Origin: Ignavibacteriaceae bacterium
GTDB taxonomy: Bacteria > Bacteroidota > Ignavibacteria > Ignavibacteriales > Ignavibacteriaceae
Assembly: GCA_034522695.1 (NCBI GenBank)
Contig: JAXHLB010000038.1
Coordinates: forward strand, 104,382-168,381
Length of the DNA: 64,000 nucleotides
Direction: 5' to 3'
In this document: positions 26,038 to 34,173 of the stretch, piece by piece
Numbering within the stretch: the stretch's first letter is position 1
How the letters are laid out: each line of letters begins with the position of its first letter
Made by a program: the position numbers and the translations under genes
Notes under the pieces: model-generated
The model's input: the letters and a program-made list of their open reading frames with translations, nothing else
The model's database searches: none
What the model was told of the DNA's origin: nothing

Positions 26038-28425
26038 ATGAGTAAAAAAATCGAAGCGTTATTAAAAGAAAAGAAAAAAGTATTCTGCAGGTATTTAACA
26101 AACGTTGCCTCAGTTGAAAGAAAACTACTAGTTAAAGGAGATCTTCTTGAAATACTCCGCAAGATGGAAAAGAAAAACGGAAAAAGTTTTGATGAGATAA
26201 GAGATGTCGTAAGTAAAATTATGGAATCTGTTTCTGTAGGAAGTTCTCTTTTTTTTGAGATGAGAGAAAAAATCGGGCTATCAAGTTTTCATCAATTCAA
26301 TACTGAAGACTGCAGCTATGAAAGAATAGGTTCTGTTGAATATCTTAAGGCAAAAGAGAGATACAAAGATCCGAAGCACACGAACGATCTGCTTACTTTG
26401 AACTTTCACGCTTTCTATGAGCAATTTCCAAGCATACATGAATCAAAAAATATTGGAAGAGGCGTGGAGTATCTTAACAGGTATCTCTCAAGCAAGCTGT
26501 TCACAAATACGGAAAAGATGAGTGAAGCGCTGTTCAATTTTCTTTTTGTACACAAACATAATTCAGAACAGCTTGTTCTGAACGACAGGATTAAAGACAC
26601 AGAAGGACTCACTTCATCAATTAACAAAGGCATCAGGCTTCTTTCTGAATACGAACTGGAAGAACCGTATAACAATATTAAACATAAACTGCAGGAACTT
26701 GGATTTGAACCCGGTCTTGGAAACACTGCCGGCACAATTAAAGAAGGACTTGAACAGCTCGACGCACTTATTAATACTCCCGATCACGAAGTGCTTAAAA
26801 GTTTTCTCTCACGCATCCCGATGATCTTTAACATTGCCATCATTACTCCGCACGGCTACTTTGCACAGGAAGATGTTCTCGGCAAACCGGATACCGGAGG
26901 GCAGATTGTTTACATACTTGACCAGGTTAAAGCGCTTGAAAAAAATATGAACAAGTCATTGGAAGATGCGGGGATTGAAACAAGTCCGAAAATAATTATC
27001 CTCACAAGATTGATTCCGAATTCAGATGGAACATCCTGCAATCAGAGAATGGAGAAAGTCCACAACACAAAGAATGTATGGATACTCCGCGTGCCTTTCA
27101 GAGATCATAATAAAAAAGTAACCGACAACTGGATTTCACGTTTTGAAATCTGGCCTTACCTCGAAGAGTTTGCTGAAGATTCATACAAAGAACTTCTTGT
27201 TGAATTCGGAACGAGACCGGATTTGGTTATCGGAAATTATTCTGATGGCAATCTTGTGGCATCGATACTTACAAAAAGATTTGGAGTTACTCAATGCAAC
27301 GTTGCACACGCACTCGAGAAAAGTAAATATCTTTACAGCGGACTTTACTGGAAGGAAATGGAAGAGCAGTATCACTTCTCAACTCAGTTCACTGCAGATC
27401 TTCTGGCAATGAACGCTGCCGATTTCATTATAACATCAACTTACCAGGAAATTGCAGGACGCGAAGACAGCATCGGGCAGTATGAATCTTATGTGAACTT
27501 TACTATGCCCGGACTTTACCGCGTCTCCGGCGGAGTAAATATTTTTAATCCAAAGTTCAACATACTTCCTCCCGGAGTTAATGCAGAAGTTTTCTTTCCT
27601 TATCATCAGCAGGAAAACAGAGTTAAGGAAATGACGGAAGAAGTAGCTCAAAAACTTTTTATAACTAATTCGGAGAGAATTATCGGTGAACTGAAAAATC
27701 CCGATCTGCCGCCGATATTTTCTATGGCAAGACTGGATAAGATTAAAAACCTTACTTCGCTGGTTAAATGGTTTGGTGAAAGCGAAGAACTCCAGTCGCT
27801 TGCTAATCTTATAATTGTTGCGGGAAAAATTAATGCAGAACACTCGACGGACTCCGAAGAAAAAGAACAGGTTCGCCTGATGCACGAATACATTAACAAG
27901 TATAACCTGAAAGATAAAATAAGATGGATACAGGGAGATGCCGACCGGCAGCGTGTTCCTGAATTTTACAGGTTGATAGCAGATAAGCGAGGAGTTTTTG
28001 TTCAGCCGGCTTTGTTTGAAGGATTTGGTCTGACGGTAATTGAAGCAATGCGTTCCGGTCTGCCGACGTTTGCAACTCAGTACGGCGGACCGCTTGAAAT
28101 TATTGAGAACAAAGTCTCCGGTTTTCATATTGACCCAATAAACGGAAATGAAACAACCGAAAAGCTGGTTAACTTTTTTAAGCGCTGCAAAGAAGAAGAA
28201 AATTACTGGAAGAAAATCTCCGATGCAGGAATTACACGCGTTGATAAATCTTTTAACTGGGAACTTTACTCGCAGAATCTTCTGTCGCTTGCAAAGATTT
28301 ACGGCTTCTGGCGTTACACAACAAACCTTGAGATGACGGAGCTTAACGCTTATCTCGATTTAATGTATCACACGTTGTATAAACCAAGAGCGGAAAAAAT
28401 ATTGGAGATGCACGCAGGCAAGTAA
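26038..28425 (+). CDS. susA: Sucrose synthase
   Basis: 795 aa with GKPDTGGQIVYILDQVKALE and EGFGLTVIEAMRSGLPTFATQYGGPLEII. The length and motifs are typical of SuSy. Confidence 0.85.
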   Translation: MSKKIEALLKEKKKVFCRYLTNVASVERKLLVKGDLLEILRKMEKKNGKSFDEIRDVVSKIMESVSVGSSLFFEMREKIGLSSFHQFNTEDCSYERIGSVEYLKAKERYKDPKHTNDLLTLNFHAFYEQFPSIHESKNIGRGVEYLNRYLSSKLFTNTEKMSEALFNFLFVHKHNSEQLVLNDRIKDTEGLTSSINKGIRLLSEYELEEPYNNIKHKLQELGFEPGLGNTAGTIKEGLEQLDALINTPDHEVLKSFLSRIPMIFNIAIITPHGYFAQEDVLGKPDTGGQIVYILDQVKALEKNMNKSLEDAGIETSPKIIILTRLIPNSDGTSCNQRMEKVHNTKNVWILRVPFRDHNKKVTDNWISRFEIWPYLEEFAEDSYKELLVEFGTRPDLVIGNYSDGNLVASILTKRFGVTQCNVAHALEKSKYLYSGLYWKEMEEQYHFSTQFTADLLAMNAADFIITSTYQEIAGREDSIGQYESYVNFTMPGLYRVSGGVNIFNPKFNILPPGVNAEVFFPYHQQENRVKEMTEEVAQKLFITNSERIIGELKNPDLPPIFSMARLDKIKNLTSLVKWFGESEELQSLANLIIVAGKINAEHSTDSEEKEQVRLMHEYINKYNLKDKIRWIQGDADRQRVPEFYRLIADKRGVFVQPALFEGFGLTVIEAMRSGLPTFATQYGGPLEIIENKVSGFHIDPINGNETTEKLVNFFKRCKEEENYWKKISDAGITRVDKSFNWELYSQNLLSLAKIYGFWRYTTNLEMTELNAYLDLMYHTLYKPRAEKILEMHAGK

Positions 28426-28429
28426 GTTC

Positions 28430-28505
28430 ATTCCGTCCCGACTTTATCGGGATCGGAATCTTTATGCTTGATTCTGAGTTGGGAGAAGAACCTGAAACGA
28501 GTTCA
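28430..28505. repeat. REP-like hairpin element immediately after the susA stop
   Basis: ATTCCGTCCCGActttatTCGGGATCGGAAT hairpin. A related element (GTCATTCCGGACTTGATC...) interrupts the third susA-tail copy at about 29390-29510. Confidence 0.5.
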
Positions 28506-28515
28506 GGTTGAAAAT

Positions 28516-28609
28516 AGATGACGGAGCTTAATGCTTATCTCGATTTAATGTATCATACATTGTATAAACCAAGAGCAAAAACTATTCTTGAAATACATCA
28601 AAGCAGATG
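28516..28609 (+). repeat. Diverged duplicate of the last ~30 codons of susA (tail copy 2)
   Basis: AGATGACGGAGCTTAATGCTTATCTCGATTTAATGTATCATACATTGTATAAACCAAGAGC... encodes MTELNAYLDLMYHTLYKPRAKTILEIHQSR*. The native tail at 28330-28425 encodes ...RAEKILEMHAGK*. Confidence 0.85.
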
Positions 28610-28617
28610 AGTTAACA

Positions 28618-28650
28618 AGATATGCCAGATTTCAAAAATCTGGCATATCT
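28618..28650. other. Perfect 15-bp stem hairpin following tail copy 2
   Basis: AGATATGCCAGATTT-caa-AAATCTGGCATATCT. A degenerate copy lies at about 29618-29647. Confidence 0.6.
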
Positions 28651-28721
28651 AAATACAAACCGGGAGAGTAAAAGATATTTGAGATGCGGGAGAGATAATG
28701 AAGGAGTTCAACAATTATCGG

Positions 28722-29009
28722 TTATCTATCTAGCCAGTAGTTTGGTTTTCTGTGCTGATGTGCGATGGCAATTACCTGAATATAATCATTATGAATTGTG
28801 TATACAATATTGTAAGGAAAAACATTAACAACCGCCTTCCTTGTGTGTTTTGTGTATTCTGAATAACCTACAGAGTTATTTTTTATTATTGACAATGTCT
28901 TATCTATTTCTGTTGCAAACTTGTTTAACGATCCTACACTTTGCAAATTATAGAAATCAATGGTCTACCGATATTCGATAAGGGCAGGTTCGAGAAATTC
29001 GACTGTCAT
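28722..29009 (-). pseudogene. RelE/ParE-family toxin with an in-frame stop
   Basis: ATG at 29007-29009 gives MTVEFLEPALIEYR*TIDFYNLQSVG...VFPYNIVYTIHNDYIQVIAIAHQHRKPNYWLDR. The C-terminal pattern is typical of ParE/RelE toxins. Confidence 0.6.
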
Positions 29010-29209
29010 TTATTTATGATATCTTCGAGTAGGGATAGCTTTAATTTTTCCTTTTGATAAAACAGTTCATATCTTCTTTCGACTTCCTCTTCCAGAAGTT
29101 GTCTATCTCTTTATCTGGCTGCTTATAGACTTTTTGAAAAGCACAATGATAAAGGTTGTTCTGCGGATTCAGACTCAAAGCGTTTTGAGTTATATTTCTT
29201 AGTGTCCAT
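29006..29209 (-). pseudogene. Addiction-module antitoxin remnant (frameshifted), ATGA-coupled to the toxin
   Basis: MDTKKYNSKRFESE... with frame changes, then ...LEEEVERRYELFYQKEKLKLSLLEDIINK*. It is homologous to the second copy at 29739-29937. Confidence 0.45.
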
Positions 29210-29299
29210 CTATTCTCCAATATTTTTGTACTTACTATAATGGAAAAGCGCTAGTCAGAAATTCAAGTGAGAAACTTCCGATTGACCTTGTTAAACACG

Positions 29300-29608
29300 T
29301 TTATTCAAAAGACCTTCTATCGCTTGCAAAGATTACGGTTTCTGGAAGTTCACGACTTAACCTGAGATGACTCAGCTTAATGCGCCCCTGTCATTCCGGA
29401 CTTGATCAAGAATCTTAAATGTTTGATCCTGAGTTAGAAGAAGAACCCTCCAAAGGACTCCTTCGGAGAAACAATCCGTGAATCAAGTTCAGGACAAGGT
29501 TCAGGTTGAAAAACAGATAACGGAACTGAATGTCTATCTCGATTTAATGTATCACACGTTGTATAAGCCGAGAGCAAAAACTATTCTGGAAATGCATCAG
29601 AGAAGGTG
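29300..29608 (+). repeat. Third, longer and interrupted copy of the susA 3' end (tail copy 3)
   Basis: CTTCTATCGCTTGCAAAGATTACGGTTTCTGGAAG... is homologous to native 28270-28350. A REP insertion follows, then ACGGAACTGAATGTCTATCTCGATTTAATGTATCACACGTTGTATAAGCCGAGAGC... encoding ...RAKTILEMHQRR*. Confidence 0.8.
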
Positions 29609-29738
29609 AGTTAGCAAGATATGCAGATTTTTGAAATCTGACATATCTAAATACAAACCGGGAGCGGAGAGAATTCTTGAGGTGCATGAGAGAAGATAGA
29701 GAAGCCGCAAGCCAAACTATATTTTGAATGATTATCTT

Positions 29739-29937
29739 TTAACCAGTAGTTTGGTTTTCTGTGCTGATGTGCGTGACGTAGGGGATAGTTTTTATTTTTC
29801 CGTTGACGAACTGTTCATATCTTCTTTCAACTTCCTCTTTCCAGTACCTTGTCTTTGACTTTATCAGGCTCGCTTAAACTTTTTGAAAGAGTCTCTATAA
29901 TAAAATCATTAAGAGATTTAACTTCTGGTTTAGTCAT
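29739..29937 (-). pseudogene. Second antitoxin copy fused to the last ~35 bp of a deleted RelE/ParE toxin
   Basis: MTKPEVKSLNDFIIETLSKSLSEPDKVKDK... (frameshift) ...EEVERRYEQFVNGKIKTIP. It then runs directly into CGCACATCAGCACAGAAAACCAAACTACTGGTTAA, which matches the toxin end at 28732-28760. Confidence 0.5.
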
Positions 29938-30660
29938 AATGAAAACAGGTATTCACTATAATAACAAAAATTTGTCTTTGATATTCCATTTCAGTTCTTG
30001 CTTTACCGCCGCTTACGGGTGCCAGGTAATATTCAATACAGAATATTGGGGTTTCTATTTCATCACTATAGTGATATTTTTCTGTTGTAAAAGGAAAACC
30101 TTCCTCAAACACAGCAAACGAACAATCTTGCAGGAGAATTAAAGAATCTTCATCATAATGTCTACCAACTACGAAATATAATTTGTAATTACCATCTTTA
30201 ATTTTTCTAATTGTAAAATTAGAATTACTTGTAACATAAATAGTGAGAACAAGAATTTATTAATTGCGGCCGCAACTAATTTAACAACCGACTCATTGCT
30301 GGTTCCATTTTTAAATTGTTAATTCGCCAAGTCCATCAAATAGCTTCATCTTTCTTATTAAATATATTTTTCCATTAGGCTCCTCTATTTCGGAAATGTT
30401 GCCATAGTCAATTGTTTTTTTATTTTCTGATTTGAAAACATATGATTTGCAGGACTTATTTCCTTTTAAATTTGGATTGGTTTATCCTCCTCAATAAGCT
30501 TATCATATATCCGATTTCTGTATCGTTAATGGCGTTGGGATGATTGTATTTTCAAGGTCATAATTATACACAGTTTTATTAGGGTCCAATATTTCTATAC
30601 TTTGTATAAAATAGAAAACATGTGTTATTGTTATAAAGAAAAAAGGGACCAATCCTTTTT
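29930..30660 (-). pseudogene. Hypothetical small protein remnant, several frame changes
   Basis: Fragments read ...DYGNISEIEEPNGKIYLIRKMKLFDGLGELTI / KNGTSNESVVKLVAAAINKF / TIYVTSNSNFTIRKIKDGNYKLYFVVGRHYDEDS...FPFTTEKYHYSDE. No family assigned. Confidence 0.3.
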
Positions 30661-30920
30661 TTCATTTTATAAATCCGAAAATTTCAGATAGGTAAACTTT
30701 TATTGAAAAGTTATATGTGTTATACTGGTGTTTCTCGCTACTCTTATTTGGGTTTGTCTCTTTGGTTGGAAATATTCTTCATCATTAATCATCAAATCGT
30801 TCAATTAATGTATATTGCGAAATGGACACTTTTCAGATTTAGCGAAAGTGATTCTTACAAAACGGACAGGTTTTTATTGATGATAAACATCAGGTTGGCA
30901 TCGTTTTCATCATATATAAA

Positions 30921-31360
30921 TCAGCAATAAAAAAGCGAAAAACCTTTCAACTGATTTTCTGTAAAAACTACTTCAAAATCAATTTCTTTAATATGTTTAT
31001 TAAAGATTTTAACGCTCTTAAAACTTCCTTCAAAATTAAATTGGTATTATATGTTGATGAGCTAATCCGTTACGTAATTTTTTTAAAAAGTGTTCAAGTG
31101 TTCTTGGGTAATAGATGGTTTTCTTCTTTATTATTTTGGACTGGATTGAGTGCAATATCGTCAAATTTTGGTAAAGAATCAATTTAGGCGATATCTTTTT
31201 TCCAAATATTCGTTGTAGAAATATTTTCATAAGGTATAATGGATTTAAACCTAATGAGCAATTCAAAAGATTACTAAAAGTATGTTCTCCTTTATAATCT
31301 AGAAGAATTTCTTTTGTCCTTTCTTACAAACTCTATTTCAAATTTTCTTATTTCTGCCAT
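30921..31360 (-). pseudogene. HEPN-domain protein remnant (RNxxAH motif), frameshifted
   Basis: MAEIRKFEIEFVRKDK... / ...PRTLEHFLKKLRNGLAHQHIIPI* then, shifted by one T, NFEGSFKSVKIFNKHIKEIDFEVVFTENQLKGFSLF. The R-N-G-L-A-H motif is at 31057-31074. Confidence 0.5.
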
Positions 31361-31839
31361 TATTTGTTGTATTTATTTTTAATGGTATTAAAAATTGCTC
31401 ACCAACAAACCAGGGACAACATTCACCCAACTTTTTATCATTGCTACTTTCCCAAATACTGTTTATTAGAACATTTTCCTTTGTTATCGTATTCTACTAC
31501 TTGCAATAAACTCGATCTATTATTTGAAAAATCAAATTCTTCAGTGAAAGAGTATAGCTTCGTTATCCCTTCAACCAGTATTTCATTAATTCTCCTATTA
31601 ACTGCTTCAATCATTCCCGAAAGATTTTATCCCAATCATCTATCTCATCTGCTTTCGTCCCAATACCATTTTAGCCAAATTTTTATTTTATCTTTAGCAA
31701 TCCTATTGATAGTATTTTTATTATAATAAATATTATCATAACCAGATTGTATAATATAAATCAGTCCTTCCTTTACAAATTTGAATTCTTCTGGTATATC
31801 ATAAAGATCAGTGTTTGTTTCTTAAATCGAAATAATTTA

Positions 31840-32181
31840 AAAGCTGTTTGTAATCCTCTAGAAAACCATATAAAATTGCCAATTAACCAATAAACTCTGC
31901 CTTTTTCCCCAATCTGCCAGTTCGTTTGTAGCCTTTTTGCCGAATTTTAAAGCTTCTTGGTAGTTCCCTAGTATTTTATTACAACCCGGCTTCTCGTGGC
32001 TTCCTTTATTTTAGGTTCTTATATTTTATTCGCGATACAAAATTATTTAAAAGCTTCTTCATAATTTTCTCTTGCCGTAATAAACCTAAAGAATAATATA
32101 AAGAACCCTGAACTTCTTGTGGTAGAATTATTCTCGAAATGAGTGAGAAGAAAAGGAAAACAATAAATATTTTTTTATCAT
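31840..32181 (-). pseudogene. TPR-like small protein remnant (cassette 1 downstream of repeat copy 1)
   Basis: RBS AGGAGA plus ATG at 32179-32181 gives MIKKYLLFSFSS... TPR-like fragments follow (ARENYEEAFKYF, GNYQEALKFGKKA) in shifting frames. Confidence 0.3.
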
Positions 32182-32242
32182 AATTATCTCCTAATGATAA
32201 GCTTTAATTATCGTGCCAAATATCTAAACTAGATTTTTTTCG

Positions 32243-32363
32243 TATCTCGTTGCAGTCCTTCCTGTTAAGGGGTTAACATTTTTCCCCAAAGGTCAGTCGC
32301 AGTAAGCGGGGCAAGCAAATAAAGTCAAAGCAAACTTATGTAGGGTTTATTTTAATTTCAATT
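32243..32363 (-). repeat. 121-bp promoter/leader-like repeat, copy 1
   Basis: The minus strand reads AATTGAAATTAAAATAAACCCTACATAAGTTTG...GCTTGCCCCGCTTACTGCGACTGACCTTTGGGGAAAAATGTTAACCCCTTAACAGGAAGGA...GAGATA. It overlaps the stop codon of 32362-32952. Confidence 0.85.
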
Positions 32364-32952
32364 AATTATTCTCAAAATCTAAGTTTATTGGTTGAGATGG
32401 TAATTTGCTCTCTTTTGTAAGATTTGTTACCGGAACATTTTTATCAACTTCTTTCAATTCAAAATTATCAAACCATACCTCACCGTCACCGCCTAACAAA
32501 ACTCCGTAATTAATCGTTGTGCTGTTTGCAGGAATGTCCAGGACAATTTCATACTTCTTCCAATCTGTCGTTCCTTTTATTACCTTGTCTTGCATATTGT
32601 CAAATCCTAATTGCTGGTTACTTTCCCCATCAATTCTCATCCACATTCCACTCCATCCTTTAACATCTTCGCTTTTTATATAACCGGATAACATCAATCT
32701 TTTCCCCAAATAGTTTTCTGCATTGATCGTCTGCATCAAAGTTCCAAACTGATTTTCTTTTGGAGATTTAGATTTTATAAATGCGCACGCCTGTCCATTT
32801 TGAAAGATTGAATTATCAATCCCCATTTCATATTCGGAAGGATTACTCCCGGCGGGGAACCATCCGTCTGGAATTTTATTATTGTTGTTTGCAATTATCA
32901 GAACGGTAATAAGAATGGCGATTACGAATAAAGCCGCAATTATTTTTTTCAT
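32362..32952 (-). CDS. Membrane-anchored/secreted beta-sandwich-like protein of unknown function (cassette 2; intact)
   Basis: 196-aa intact ORF with an N-terminal anchor (MKKIIAALFVIAILITVLII). It reads GWSGMWMRIDGE...FDNMQDKVIKGTTDWKKYEIVLDIP...VWFDNFELKEV. RBS GGGAG lies upstream. Confidence 0.6.
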   Translation of the reverse strand: MKKIIAALFVIAILITVLIIANNNNKIPDGWFPAGSNPSEYEMGIDNSIFQNGQACAFIKSKSPKENQFGTLMQTINAENYLGKRLMLSGYIKSEDVKGWSGMWMRIDGESNQQLGFDNMQDKVIKGTTDWKKYEIVLDIPANSTTINYGVLLGGDGEVWFDNFELKEVDKNVPVTNLTKESKLPSQPINLDFENN

Positions 32953-32993
32953 AACTGACTCCCATTAAATTTTTCATTAAGCATTTTTATTGC

Positions 32994-33114
32994 TATCTCA
33001 TCCAATCCTTCCCTGTTAAGCGGTTAACATTTTTCCCCAAAGGACAGTTGCAGTAAGCGGGGCAAGCAAATAAAGTCAGGACAAACTTATGCAGGGTTTG
33101 CTTTAATATCAATT
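32994..33114 (-). repeat. 121-bp promoter/leader-like repeat, copy 2
   Basis: The minus strand reads AATTGATATTAAAGCAAACCCTGCATAAGTTTGTCCTGACTTTATTTGCTTGCCCCGCTTACTGCAACTGTCCTTTGGGGAAAAATGTTAACCGCTTAACAGGGAAGGATTGGATGAGATA. Confidence 0.85.
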
Positions 33115-33129
33115 AAAAGCTTTGGAATT

Positions 33130-33417
33130 TATTTGGGAGGGTCTTTTCTCAGGAATTTTGCCATCCTAATAATTCACATCCCGTAACTTCAACCTCGGTC
33201 TTATCCGAGTTGCCGGAAACAACTGTGAAATCTTCTTCCCGAAAACGAAATGTCTGGCAATATTACTCCCAACAGCGTCAAGGGAAACTGCAAAAACTTT
33301 GCAAATGCTTCCTCAACTATAGCTGCCCCGGAAGCTTGCCAAAAGCAGCACCGAAACCGGCAAAAAATACATAAGATCGTTTCACTTTTTTAGCGTTGGT
33401 TTTATTGGATTTCCCAT
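33130..33417 (-). pseudogene. Small Gly/Ala-rich hypothetical protein remnant (cassette 3)
   Basis: ATG at 33415-33417 gives MGNPIKPTLKK*, then a shifted frame reads KRSYVFFAGFGAAFGKLPG...IVEEAFAKFLQFPLTLLGVILPD. Confidence 0.25.
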
Positions 33418-33490
33418 CTATAAGTTGTACTTTAGAAATTAAAATTCCAGAAGTTTGTCCTAAGTACTGAATTATATTCCCAATATTCGT

Positions 33491-33611
33491 TGTCTCATCT
33501 GGTCCTTCCCTGTTAAGCGGTTAACATTTTTCCCCAAAGGACAGTTGCAGTAAGCGGGGTAAGCAAATAAAGTCATAACAAACTTAAAAATGTTTGGCGG
33601 GTTTATCAATT
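33491..33611 (-). repeat. 121-bp promoter/leader-like repeat, copy 3
   Basis: The minus strand reads AATTGATAAACCCGCCAAACATTTTTAAGTTTGTTATGACTTTATTTGCTTACCCCGCTTACTGCAACTGTCCTTTGGGGAAAAATGTTAACCGCTTAACAGGGAAGGACCAGATGAGACA. Confidence 0.85.
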
Positions 33612-33639
33612 GGGTAGCCCTTCGTTATTTAAACTCACC

Positions 33640-33850
33640 CATATCCCTGCCTTTTACGGAAGGCAGGGCTCTCTTACGTGTTTGTTAGAAAATTGCCACG
33701 AGCTTTAGCTCGTGGTTTATGGAATAAGAAATTTTTTACGGCTTTAACCAAAGCCCTTTTGGGCTGAAGCCCGAAGTTAATTTAATTCCATTAGGATCAA
33801 CGACTTCAAAAGTCGTGGCAATTATAATTTTTCACGCAGTCTAATTAAGA
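33640..33850. repeat. Cluster of unrelated short REP-like hairpins
   Basis: CCCTGCCttttacggaaGGCAGGG, CCACGAGCtttaGCTCGTGG and CAACGACTTcaaaAGTCGTGG. A related cluster lies at about 38440-38760 and shares TTTTCAC(G/A)CAGTCT. Confidence 0.6.
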
Positions 33851-33949
33851 GCAAGTCGCCAGACTCCGAATGAGTGTGCTTGTTCCGGTAGAACGGAGGT
33901 CTAACAGAATTGGACTTTGACGAGGTTTGGTAGAGTTCCCGTGAAGATT

Positions 33950-34150
33950 TTCTATTTCGTCCATACGGGACTTAAATTATCTATTCTTATTATTTTATTC
34001 TAAAAATATGTTGTCCCATACGGGACAAAATTTTTCCGGAAGAGGTTTAGGTCGTTAGGAAGACGTTAACTAAAAGACTGTCCCGTAGGGACGAGAATAT
34101 TTATAGATAAATAGAAGTACATAAAAAGTCAAGTCCTGTCATGGGACGAT
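33950..34150. repeat. GTCCC-N4-5-GGGAC hairpin array, set A (4 hairpins)
   Basis: Hairpins cgTCCatacGGGAc, tGTCCCatacGGGACa, tGTCCCgtaGGGACg and aGTCCtgtcatGGGACg, spaced about 55-65 bp. The whole ~200-bp block is homologous to set B. Confidence 0.8.
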
Positions 34151-34173
34151 ATATGTACAGTCGCTATTTTATC

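Noticed and set aside
27436-28128. 230-aa ORF on the minus strand (and other antisense ORFs such as 27648-27899 and 26415-26735).
   Set aside because: These are entirely antisense to the strongly supported sucrose synthase gene. The composition is low-complexity and Arg/Ser/Phe-rich, with no motifs. They are shadow ORFs.
30266-30273. NotI site (GCGGCCGC) in a very AT-rich stretch, which could hint at an engineered junction.
   Set aside because: It is a single occurrence with no vector-like flanks, polylinker or selectable-marker remnants. It lies inside a readable (frameshifted) coding fragment (…VVKLVAAAINKF…) and is most simply due to chance.
32243-33611. The 121-bp repeats could be canonical integron attC sites (a GTTAAGC = GTTRRRY core is present).
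   Set aside because: There is no matching RYYYAAC core in the required 5' position and no overall imperfect dyad symmetry across the unit. The possible end pairing (CCCTG.TAAG / CTTA.CAGGG) is absent from copy 3. No intI gene is in the window. The promoter-like boxes with identical spacing fit better. A non-canonical recombination role is kept open in the findings.
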